A stretch of DNA of 64,000 bases. Origin: Bacillota bacterium. Its GTDB lineage: Bacteria; Bacillota; Dethiobacteria; DTU022. The stretch lies in assembly GCA_029552125.1 (NCBI GenBank), contig JAKPEE010000091.1, positions 259 to 64,258 on the forward strand, written 5' to 3'. The translations under genes were made by a program, and so were the position numbers. The notes under the pieces are model-generated. The model worked only from the letters and a program-made list of their open reading frames with translations, did no database searches and was not told the DNA's origin. This document shows, piece by piece, positions 9,026-17,502 of this stretch; the first letter of the stretch is position 1, and every line of letters begins with the position of its first letter.

Positions 9026-9847
9026 GTGAATAACGCTAAATCTACGTATCTTAATTGGAATCTGATAGATATGACATTAGATCGGGCTTTAATGAATAAT
9101 CAGATGCCCGATTGTTCGGATATTCAAAGAATTGAACGATCAATCCAAAAAATTAACATGTTAACTACAAGTTTGTACTTTAATGTACAAGCTGTCCAAA
9201 AAGAAATAAATGTTGACGTTGATTCTTTAAAAGCCTTAGGAATCAGTTGTGAATATTTACCTGAAATCGTAAAAATGCTTCAAGATAAACAAAATAGATG
9301 TAAAGTAAATGTCATAGAGCAGCCAAATCATAATAGAATATATAAATATATAAAAGCAGGTTTTACAATTATGGCTGGATATTATTCAAATTCACCTTTG
9401 GTTCAAATAAATGATGTTAAACATGCATGGAATAATTTTATTGAAACTTCAACCTTAAAATTATTTATTATATTTTTTATGTCTTTACTTTCATTAATAT
9501 TTGGGGGCCTTACTGCTGTTAATTGGGCATTAATAGTAACGACAATTGTACATTTTATAACACGATGTATTGCAAATAAGTATAGAAATAGAGATGATTA
9601 TATTCATATTTCAAGAAACATACAATTGCTAATTTTCCCATATTTATTACTTGCCATTGCTAATTGTTTAAATCCTTTTGTTTCTCTTGAAGGCCTGCCA
9701 GACAATACACTTGTAACTATAATAACGATTGGAATAATATATTCAGAAATTAAAGGAATTGTAGAAAATGCAAAAATAGCTAATTTACCAGTACCAACAA
9801 TATTAGAATGGCTTGTTGGAATAACAAAGAAAAATGAAAATCTCTAA
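9026..9847 (+). CDS. Membrane protein with an unknown ~140-aa N-terminal soluble domain fused to a TcdE/phage-holin (Phage_holin_4_1-like) 4-TM domain
   Basis: GTG 9026 lies 8 nt after an AGGGAG RBS and 13 nt after the gene B stop. There are four hydrophobic helices (about aa 145-247). The C-terminal IYSEIKGIVENAKIANLPVPTILEWL resembles the Y-E-x-x-S-I-L-x-N...GLPVP signature I recall from TcdE and related holins. Confidence 0.65.
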   Translation: MNNAKSTYLNWNLIDMTLDRALMNNQMPDCSDIQRIERSIQKINMLTTSLYFNVQAVQKEINVDVDSLKALGISCEYLPEIVKMLQDKQNRCKVNVIEQPNHNRIYKYIKAGFTIMAGYYSNSPLVQINDVKHAWNNFIETSTLKLFIIFFMSLLSLIFGGLTAVNWALIVTTIVHFITRCIANKYRNRDDYIHISRNIQLLIFPYLLLAIANCLNPFVSLEGLPDNTLVTIITIGIIYSEIKGIVENAKIANLPVPTILEWLVGITKKNENL

Positions 9848-10410
9848 GCATTTGAGTGTAATGTCTCCTCCAGGTGGCGTTTGATCTGTTGCAGCAGAAC
9901 GTTAAATTCCCGGTTTAGGGCATTCTTTGCTTGAAGCCATTGTGTGGTTCGTTCAAGATTAATCGCGGCGACGGCGCTGCCGCTGATGCCGCTATCTTTT
10001 AACAGGGCCTCGCTGCCTGCCTGTTCCAGCCGGGCCCGTTCTTTTTCCAGTTGCTCCCGGTATGCCCGGCATACTTCCTGCAGGGCTGCGCCGGCTTCTC
10101 CGCTTAGCAGTTCAGAGGCAAGTTTTTGATACGCTGCCAGCACCTGCTCGCAGGTATCGGGGTTCAATCCGGCGGTGATTCCTTGTAAAAGCGACTTTTT
10201 CGCGGCCGGGAGCGCGGCGGCAGGATAGTTGCCGATGCTTTCCGCCAGCCGCCCCAGCGTTAATTTATTATCCAGGTACGAAGCGGCCAGCAGCGCCGCC
10301 GCTCTGGTGTACTGGGCAAAAGCGAAGTCCTCCGGGTTGCTGTCAACGCTGCCTGCCAGTTTGTCTGCCCGCTCCAGGGCCAGCTCCCTGGCCGATTTTA
10401 TTTTTCCCAT
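9844..10410 (-). CDS. Conserved hypothetical protein (188 aa, alpha-helical)
   Basis: ATG 10410 (MGKIKSARELALERAD...) has a GAGGTGA RBS. The longer track ORF (to 10503) lacks an RBS. Its stop codon overlaps the stop codon of the convergent 9026-9847 gene. Confidence 0.7.
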   Translation of the reverse strand: MGKIKSARELALERADKLAGSVDSNPEDFAFAQYTRAAALLAASYLDNKLTLGRLAESIGNYPAAALPAAKKSLLQGITAGLNPDTCEQVLAAYQKLASELLSGEAGAALQEVCRAYREQLEKERARLEQAGSEALLKDSGISGSAVAAINLERTTQWLQAKNALNREFNVLLQQIKRHLEETLHSNA

Positions 10411-10492
10411 AATTTGCTCACCTCGCTTGTATCCTGCTATAATCATAACATAAAAAACGGCAGTAATGCTTAAATATAGAGGAGGCTGCAGC

Positions 10493-11188
10493 ATGCGCAT
10501 CACCGAAAAAATCTACGCCTATCCCTGGCGGGGGCGGGGCAACAACTGCAACAGTTACCTGTTTAAAGGGGAAATGACGGTCCTTTTTGATCCCGGGCAT
10601 ATTTACAATGAATTCGGGGAAAGTGGTTTTGAACTGCTGGTGCGGCAACTGGCTGCCGACGGTTTTGCGCTGGAAGACGTGGACCTGATCCTGTGCACCC
10701 ACGGCCATCCCGACCACATGGAAGCGGCGGGCCTGGCCCGGGAAAAAAGCGGGGCCCGTTTTGCCCTGCACCGGCAGGACGAGTTTATCCTGGAGGCGCT
10801 GGGACAGCGTTATGCCGCCGCGGCAGGCCAGGAACTGCCCGACCTGAAGCCCGATTTTTATCTGCAGGAGGGGGATCTGGAACTGGGCAAGGGAAAAACG
10901 GATTTAATCCGTGTCATCCATACGCCCGGCCATACGCCCGGATCAGTCTGTTTTTACCTGCCGGATCAAAAAGCCCTGATCAGTGGCGACACTGTTTTCG
11001 AAAACAGCATCGGCCGCTCCGACCTGCCCGGCGGCAATCTGGAGGAGCTGGAGCAAAGTGTGGCCAGGCTGGCCGCCATGGAAGCGGTGGAGCTTTTATT
11101 GCCCGGGCATATGGGTTTTGTTTCGGGATCGGACCATGTCCGCCGCAATTTTGCCCGCATCCGGAGGGTTTTTTTCGGTGCGATCTAA
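10493..11188 (+). CDS. MBL-fold metallo-hydrolase
   Basis: HGHPDH metal motif plus the HTPGHTPGS block. ATG 10493 follows a GAGGAGG RBS. Confidence 0.85.
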   Translation: MRITEKIYAYPWRGRGNNCNSYLFKGEMTVLFDPGHIYNEFGESGFELLVRQLAADGFALEDVDLILCTHGHPDHMEAAGLAREKSGARFALHRQDEFILEALGQRYAAAAGQELPDLKPDFYLQEGDLELGKGKTDLIRVIHTPGHTPGSVCFYLPDQKALISGDTVFENSIGRSDLPGGNLEELEQSVARLAAMEAVELLLPGHMGFVSGSDHVRRNFARIRRVFFGAI

Positions 11189-11350
11189 GTTCTCTTCACC
11201 CTCTGTGCCAGACCTGGCCGGCCAGGGCGGGCGGTGCAGCGGCGCTGCCGTTATGGACGGGAAATCAGGAGACAAAGCCGGAATGATCTGGCCTGTGGCT
11301 CGCCATGGCGCATGATGAGAGGTTATCTTAATAAAAAGCGAGGTGCCGGT

Positions 11351-12220
11351 ATGCATAAAAAAGAAGTTCTGTTATTGTGCCTGCTGCTGGTGGTTGTACT
11401 TGTAATCGGGTCCGGATGTGATTTTTTGGGCGCTGGCGAAATTAACAATGGGGATCACGGGGACGGCGCTGCCGGCGGTGATAACGGAGACAGCGAAAAA
11501 GCCGATAACCTGGTTAAAGTGGCTAATTCCGCCGGGGACGGCTATTTTTATCGCCTGGTGGAGCTGCCGGAAGCAGTGCAGCAGTGGGTGGACAACGCCG
11601 CCGAAAACCTGTCCCTGGGCCATAGCCGGGTTTTCGGCGAGTATCTTTACCTCCTGGTAACCTACGGCCTCCAGCCCACCGGCGGGTATGCCGTGGAAAT
11701 TACCGATGTACAGGTGAGCGAGGACGCGGTAAAGGTGCAGGTTGCCTTTAGCGCGCCCGGACCTGATGATCTGGTTACCCAGGGCTTTACTTACCCCTAC
11801 GACCTGGCCCTTATTCCCGCGGTAGACCTTCCTGTTGTCTTCAGCGCCGGCGGTGCCCAGGAGTATATCATGACGCTCCACGGGATCGACGACCTGGAAC
11901 CGGTTGTCGCCGCCTCGCCCGGGATTAAACTTTTCGCCCCGGCCGAGGGTGACGCGGCGGCCGGAAGGCTGCACTTCCGCGGCGTGGCCTCGGTTTTTGA
12001 GGGGCTGGTCTCTTATCGTTTAACCGGGGTTAACGGGCCGGTGCTGGCCGAAGGATATACCATGGCCGGCATGGGGGACTGGTATTACTTTGAAGAGGCC
12101 ATTGACCTGTCCGGGCTGATCCTTGAGGAGACCGCCGCCACCCTTGAACTATATACGATCAGCCCGAAAGACGGCTCCGAACAGGACCAGGTTAAGGTTT
12201 CCCTGACCCTGTCGCCTTAA
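11351..12220 (+). CDS. Lipoprotein with PrcB-C-like and Gmad2/Ig-like domains
   Basis: Signal peptide with a lipobox (VIGSGC). The blocks YLYLLVTYGLQPTGGYAVEITDV and FRGVASVFEGLVSYRL resemble the PrcB_C and Gmad2 families. Confidence 0.65.
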   Translation: MHKKEVLLLCLLLVVVLVIGSGCDFLGAGEINNGDHGDGAAGGDNGDSEKADNLVKVANSAGDGYFYRLVELPEAVQQWVDNAAENLSLGHSRVFGEYLYLLVTYGLQPTGGYAVEITDVQVSEDAVKVQVAFSAPGPDDLVTQGFTYPYDLALIPAVDLPVVFSAGGAQEYIMTLHGIDDLEPVVAASPGIKLFAPAEGDAAAGRLHFRGVASVFEGLVSYRLTGVNGPVLAEGYTMAGMGDWYYFEEAIDLSGLILEETAATLELYTISPKDGSEQDQVKVSLTLSP

Positions 12221-12351
12221 AGGCCTCCCGGAGCACCATCGTGCACTTAACGCTTTATCGCATGGGTTTGCCTTTAGCTTCCTTCCTGCCGGATAAGATC
12301 TTCCCTGTTGTTTAAAATATGGTTATAGCACTTTGACAGGGAGGATGATCA

Positions 12352-14145
12352 ATGCGCTACCATGATCTGTATTGGGGCTTAATCGCTGGCCTGGCCGGCG
12401 CCCTGGCGGGTTCTGCCATCTTGTGGGGTTCCTGGCTGCTTCCCGCCCTGGGCCTGCTGCTGACCCGGGCCGGCTTGATTTACGGTTTTTTGGCCATGCT
12501 GATTCTCGGCGCCCTGGGGGGAGTGCTCTACGCGGCGCTGCTGCGGCGGCGCCGGATGAGGCTGCATAGCACCATCCTGGCAGGAGTCGCTTTGGGCTTT
12601 ATCCTCTGGGTCATCGGGCCCCTGCTCCTGGTGCCGGTGATCCTGGGTTTCCCGCCGCAGTGGGAAAGTCCGCTGGATCACTGGACGCCGCTGCTCGCCT
12701 TTGTTCTATACGGCACGGTTACCGGGCTGCTCTACAGCCGCTGGGGCCTGGGCCAGTCGCGGGCGAGGACCTATTATGCCCTGGGCATCCTGGCGGCAGC
12801 GGCCTTGCTGACGCCGTTTATGCTGCGGGCGGCGACCAGCACCGACCCGGAGGCACTGCAGCTTCCCCCCGGCTACCGGGCGGAAGTGGTGGCCAAAGGC
12901 TTTACCTACCCCACCGCGCTGGCCCTGGATGATCACGGCAATATTTATGTGGCTGAGTCCGGTTTTGCTTACGGTCCTAAAACTACCGCGGCCCGCATAC
13001 TCAAGGTCAGGCCCGACGGCCGCATCGGTGAAGTGGCAGGCGATTTCGAGGGGCCCCTCAACGGTATCGCCCTGCGCAGCGATCGCCTCTTTGTTTCACA
13101 CCGCGGCAAGATTACTGTCTTTGACCTGGAAAGCCGGGAGCGGGAAGACCTGGTTACAAACCTGCCCTCCCTGGGCGATCACCAGAACAACGACCTGGTT
13201 TTCGGCAAAGACGGTGCGCTGTACTTTGGGCAGGGCACAGCCACCAACGCCGGTGTGGTCGGCTCCGACAACTTTGTTTACGCCTGGGCGGACCGCCACC
13301 CTGATGTTCACGACATCCCTTCGCGCCGCTTTACCCTTACCGGTGAAAACTATGAGTCTTTAGACCTGGGGACAGCCGACCCGGCCGATACCAGGAAGAC
13401 CGGCGCCTTTGCTCCCTTCGGCCAAACCCGGGAAAGCGGCGAGCAGGTTGAGCCGGCGGTGCCGGCCAGCGGTGCGGTGCACCGCCTCGACCTGGAAACG
13501 GGAGAGCTGTCCCTTTTTGCCGACGGGCTGCGCAATCCTTACGGCCTGGCGGTGGATGCGGAAGGGAACATTTACGCCACCAACCTGGGCTACGACGACC
13601 GGGGCGTCCGGGCGGTGAAAGGTTGCCCTGACTGGCTGGTACGCCTGCGCGAAGGGGCCTGGTACGGCTGGCCCGACTTTGCTGGGACAGTGGCCTTGAC
13701 GGAACCGCTCTTTGCTTCAGAGCGGGGAGTGAACCGGAAGCCGCTCCTGGTGGATCCGCCGCCGGTAGAGGCGCCCCTGGCTACTTTTCCGCCCCATTAT
13801 TCGCCCATGAAACTGGCCGTGGCCCCGGAAGAATTCCCGCATGACGGCATCTTTGTCGCTGTTTTCGGGGACGGCCAGCCCCTGACCGAAAACCTGGAGG
13901 AGCAGGTGCCAACAGGGGTGCTGCTGGTGGATCCGGCTACCGGCCGCTTCGACTGGTTCATTAAAAACAAGGAGCAGCCCCGGGCCGGGCGCATGGGAAA
14001 CGGCCTTAAACGGGTTGTGGACGTGAAGTTCAGCCCTGACGGGCAATCCATGTACCTGCTTGATTTCGGAGTGATGGAATTTACGGACATGGCGCCCAAC
14101 GCTATCCCCCAAAGCGGTGTTCTCTGGAAAATTACGGCTAATTAG
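12352..14145 (+). CDS. Membrane-anchored beta-propeller protein (glucose/sorbosone dehydrogenase-like or NHL-like)
   Basis: 597 aa. The N-terminal ~150 aa holds 4-5 TM helices. Repeated NIYVAE / NPYGLAVDAEGNIYATN / DGALYFGQG blocks are typical of 6-bladed propellers. A GGGAGG RBS is present. Confidence 0.65.
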   Translation: MRYHDLYWGLIAGLAGALAGSAILWGSWLLPALGLLLTRAGLIYGFLAMLILGALGGVLYAALLRRRRMRLHSTILAGVALGFILWVIGPLLLVPVILGFPPQWESPLDHWTPLLAFVLYGTVTGLLYSRWGLGQSRARTYYALGILAAAALLTPFMLRAATSTDPEALQLPPGYRAEVVAKGFTYPTALALDDHGNIYVAESGFAYGPKTTAARILKVRPDGRIGEVAGDFEGPLNGIALRSDRLFVSHRGKITVFDLESREREDLVTNLPSLGDHQNNDLVFGKDGALYFGQGTATNAGVVGSDNFVYAWADRHPDVHDIPSRRFTLTGENYESLDLGTADPADTRKTGAFAPFGQTRESGEQVEPAVPASGAVHRLDLETGELSLFADGLRNPYGLAVDAEGNIYATNLGYDDRGVRAVKGCPDWLVRLREGAWYGWPDFAGTVALTEPLFASERGVNRKPLLVDPPPVEAPLATFPPHYSPMKLAVAPEEFPHDGIFVAVFGDGQPLTENLEEQVPTGVLLVDPATGRFDWFIKNKEQPRAGRMGNGLKRVVDVKFSPDGQSMYLLDFGVMEFTDMAPNAIPQSGVLWKITAN

Positions 14146-14243
14146 GGGGCGAAGCAGGCATCAACCGCTGCCGTTAGTTAAAAGATCATCCTGCGTGCAG
14201 AAAATGTGCGGCCTGCCCGGGAAGGGAAAAGCAAACAGGCGGA

Positions 14244-14292
14244 GGCGTCCGGCTTGCGCAGAAGCGCTGCCGGACGCCCTTTCCTTTTCTAA
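14244..14292 (+). terminator. Rho-independent terminator
   Basis: Perfect 10-bp stem ggcgtccggc (14244-14253) / gccggacgcc (14269-14278) with a 15-nt loop, followed by the T-rich ctttccttttct. Confidence 0.65.
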
Positions 14293-14363
14293 AAGGAATG
14301 AATCACCGGGTGTAGAATATTTTAGAAAAGCTCCGTCTTAATACATAAATTTCTACCCCGGGA

Positions 14364-17300
14364 GTGATGCTAGTGTATGCAGTCATTTTGGCCGGCGGCA
14401 GCTGCAGCCGGCTCTGGCCGTTGAGCCGGGAGCAGCACCCCAAGCAATACCTGACGCTGCACGAACACGGGGAGAGCCTGTTTCAGCAAACAGTGGCCAG
14501 GGTATATCCGCTCCTTCCTGCGGAGAAGATCATTGTGGTCACGCACAGGGATCAGGAGGCGGAAATACGGCGGCAGCTCGCGGCCATCTCCCTGGAAGGG
14601 GTGGCCGTGCTTAAGGAGCCCGAAGGGCGCAATACCGCGCCGGCCATCGGCCTGGCGGCCTGGCATCTGGCCAAAAATTGCGGATCGCAGACAATCATGG
14701 CGGTGCTGCCTGCGGACCACCTGATTTCTGATCACGATCAATTTGCTTCGCTGCTGGCCCGTGGTGAGAAGGCGGCAAAACAGTGGGGGCTGGTGATATT
14801 TGGCATCAGGCCGGATTACCCGGAAACCGGGTATGGCTATATCCGCCGCGGCGCCGCCCTTCCCGGGGGGTGCTACCGGGTCGAACAATTCGTGGAAAAA
14901 CCCGGCCTTGAGCAGGCGCGGCAATTTTGCCAGGATGGCCGCTACTTCTGGAACAGCGGTATGCTTGTGTTTCAGGTAGGCGCTTTGCAAGAACAGTACC
15001 GCCGCTTTTTACCGGAGAGCGCCGCCATCCTGGACCGGCTGCTGGAGCAAAATTGCTCCTCCCTCGAGCAGTTGTACCCAAAACTGGAGGCAGTTTCCAT
15101 TGATTACGGGATCATGGAAAAGGCTGCAGGGGTAGTGGTTATCCCGGCCGAGCTGGCCTGGAGCGATTTAGGGAGCTGGGAGGCTTATTACCAGCTTTCG
15201 CCACGGGACGCGGCAGGCAACTGCCTGCAGGGACGGGTCCTGGCCGTTGATACCAGCGGCAGCCTCATCCTCTCCCGGTCCCGCCTTGTGGGCGTCGTCG
15301 GCGTGGAAAACCTGGCCATCGTCGATACGGACGATGCCCTGCTGGTTTGCCGCCGGGATCGCTCCCAGGCGGTTAGGCAGCTCTACGAAGAGTTGAAGCG
15401 GCGCGGCGATCCGGAATACAGGGAGCATCGCACCGTTAATCGGCCCTGGGGCAGCTATACCGTCCTGGAACAGGGAGAAACTTACCAGGTTAAACGGATT
15501 AGCGTTAATCCCGGCGCGCGCCTGAGCCTGCAGAGCCACCGCCACCGCTCGGAACACTGGGTGGTGGTCGCCGGTACGGCCCTGGTGACCGTAGATGAGC
15601 ATGAACGGCAACTGGCCAAAGGGGAAAATGTATTTATCCCGGCGCAGGCGAAACATCGCCTGCAAAATATCGGCAAAGATATGCTGGAGGTGATTGAAGT
15701 CCAAAACGGCAGCTATCTTGGCGAAGATGACATCCAGCGCTATGAAGATGATTACGGGCGCCTGGGGCAGGATGAAGCGGTGCAATGTTATTATCAATGG
15801 CTGGGGCATCCGGACCTGGACGAGGCGACCCGTGGCGAGCTTGAGAAGATGAAGGACGCCCCGGACCTTATCCGGGACCATTTTGGGGGTGAGCTGGTTT
15901 TCGGCACCGGCGGCATGCGCGGCATCATCGGTCCCGGCATAAACCGGATTAACCGCTATATCGTCCGCCGCGCCACCCAGGGCCTGGCCAACTATATCAA
16001 CTCGCTCGAGCCGGCGCCGGCGCACAAGCGGGTAGCCATTGCCTACGATACGCGGCAATTATCCCGGGAATTTGCCCGGGAGGCGGCGCTGGTCCTGGCG
16101 GCCAACGGCATTGAAGCGGTCTTGTTCAGCGAAGTCCGGCCTACCCCGGAGCTATCCTATGCCATTCGCAGGCTGGAATGCGCGGCGGGGATTGTGATCA
16201 CCGCCAGCCACAACCCGCCTGAATATAACGGCTACAAAGTCTACGGGCCCGATGGAGGGCAGGCCGTATCGCCTTTGATTGACCGGCTGGTGGAAGCCAT
16301 CGTGGCAGTGGACCTGTTCCGGGATGTGGTGACCATGGAATACGAGGCGGCGCTGGCCGCCGGCCTGATACGGGAGATTGGCCCGGAAATGGACCGGGAT
16401 TACCTGGAGGCGGTGCGCAGCCAGTCCCAGAGCAGGCCCCGCAGCCGTTTAAAGGTGGTCTACACGCCCCTGCACGGCACCGGAGGGACCCTCATCCCGG
16501 ATTTGCTAAGGCAGACGGGTTATGTTGATCTGGCCGTGGTGGAGGAGCAGATGACCGCAGATCCTTTCTTCAGCACGGTAAAGGTGCCCAACCCGGAGGA
16601 TCCGGCTTCCTTTGAGCTGGCCCTAAAGCTGGCGGAAGAGATTGAAGCTGACCTGGTTATGGCCACCGACCCCGACTGCGATCGGATGGGTTGTGCTGTG
16701 CGCGAAGCCGGCGGCGGTTACCGCCACTTTACGGGGAACCAGATCGGAGCCCTGATGATCGAATATATCCTCAGCCGGCTGGCTGCGGCAAAGCGCCTCC
16801 CTGAAAACGGGGTGATCGTTAAAACGATCGTCACCGGGGATCTGGGCCGGAAAGTGGCCGCCTCCTACGGCGTGGATACCGAGGAAACGCTGACCGGATT
16901 TAAGTTTATCGGTGAAAAGATTAAAGAATATGAAGAAAGCGGCCGTAAAACATTTCTTTTCGGTTACGAAGAAAGCTATGGCTATCTGGCCGGAACCTAC
17001 ACGCGGGATAAGGATGGCGTGGTGGCTTCTCTCCTGACGGCTGAAATGGCAGCATACTATCGTGATCAAGGGCAGACTTTATCCGCAGTCCTGGAGTCCC
17101 TGCAGCAGCGGCACGGCTATTTCCGGGAAGATCTGGTTTCCCTGGAGTTGAAAAATATGGCTGAAGCGGATGTTTTTTTAAGCGCCTTTAACGCCGTGCC
17201 GCCACAGTTAAACGGCGTTACCGTTGTCGAAAAACGAGACTACAACCTCCGCAAAGCCTGGAATTTACTTGACGGGACCGAGCGCGGCCTGACGCTGCCC

Positions 17301-17483
17301 CGCTCGCCGGTGCTTTACTACAGGTTGCAGGACGGCTCCTGGTTCTGTGTCCGCCCATCCGGGACAGAGCCCAAAATTAAAATCTACTTTTCGGTCTGCG
17401 CCCGGGAAAGCGGGGCAGCAGCGGAGCAGAAAATGGCCCGTTTCAAGGAAGCGGTGCTGGCCATCCCCAATCTCAAGGTTTAA
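14364..17483 (+). CDS. Fusion protein: mannose-1-phosphate guanylyltransferase (ManC type with cupin domain) plus alpha-D-phosphohexomutase (PgcA/ManB-like)
   Basis: Single 1039-aa ORF. The N-terminus has ILAGGSCSRLWPLSR and the cupin block NRPWGSYTVLEQG...SLQSHRHRSEHWVVV. From about aa 480 it has GTGGMRG, the active-site TASHNPPEYNGYKV and GEESYG of phosphohexomutases. Confidence 0.85.
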   Translation: MMLVYAVILAGGSCSRLWPLSREQHPKQYLTLHEHGESLFQQTVARVYPLLPAEKIIVVTHRDQEAEIRRQLAAISLEGVAVLKEPEGRNTAPAIGLAAWHLAKNCGSQTIMAVLPADHLISDHDQFASLLARGEKAAKQWGLVIFGIRPDYPETGYGYIRRGAALPGGCYRVEQFVEKPGLEQARQFCQDGRYFWNSGMLVFQVGALQEQYRRFLPESAAILDRLLEQNCSSLEQLYPKLEAVSIDYGIMEKAAGVVVIPAELAWSDLGSWEAYYQLSPRDAAGNCLQGRVLAVDTSGSLILSRSRLVGVVGVENLAIVDTDDALLVCRRDRSQAVRQLYEELKRRGDPEYREHRTVNRPWGSYTVLEQGETYQVKRISVNPGARLSLQSHRHRSEHWVVVAGTALVTVDEHERQLAKGENVFIPAQAKHRLQNIGKDMLEVIEVQNGSYLGEDDIQRYEDDYGRLGQDEAVQCYYQWLGHPDLDEATRGELEKMKDAPDLIRDHFGGELVFGTGGMRGIIGPGINRINRYIVRRATQGLANYINSLEPAPAHKRVAIAYDTRQLSREFAREAALVLAANGIEAVLFSEVRPTPELSYAIRRLECAAGIVITASHNPPEYNGYKVYGPDGGQAVSPLIDRLVEAIVAVDLFRDVVTMEYEAALAAGLIREIGPEMDRDYLEAVRSQSQSRPRSRLKVVYTPLHGTGGTLIPDLLRQTGYVDLAVVEEQMTADPFFSTVKVPNPEDPASFELALKLAEEIEADLVMATDPDCDRMGCAVREAGGGYRHFTGNQIGALMIEYILSRLAAAKRLPENGVIVKTIVTGDLGRKVAASYGVDTEETLTGFKFIGEKIKEYEESGRKTFLFGYEESYGYLAGTYTRDKDGVVASLLTAEMAAYYRDQGQTLSAVLESLQQRHGYFREDLVSLELKNMAEADVFLSAFNAVPPQLNGVTVVEKRDYNLRKAWNLLDGTERGLTLPRSPVLYYRLQDGSWFCVRPSGTEPKIKIYFSVCARESGAAAEQKMARFKEAVLAIPNLKV

Positions 17484-17502
17484 CCGGCCGGCCAAAGGGG
17501 GT

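Larger units (their letters stand above)
8222..9866. other. Compositionally foreign AT-rich cassette (about 1.6 kb) holding three same-strand ORFs
   Basis: Hand counts give 36/60 G+C in the line starting 8101 and 14/60 in the line starting 8401. GC-rich sequence resumes within about 20 nt after 9847. I saw no integrase, tRNA or obvious direct repeats at the edges. Confidence 0.85.
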
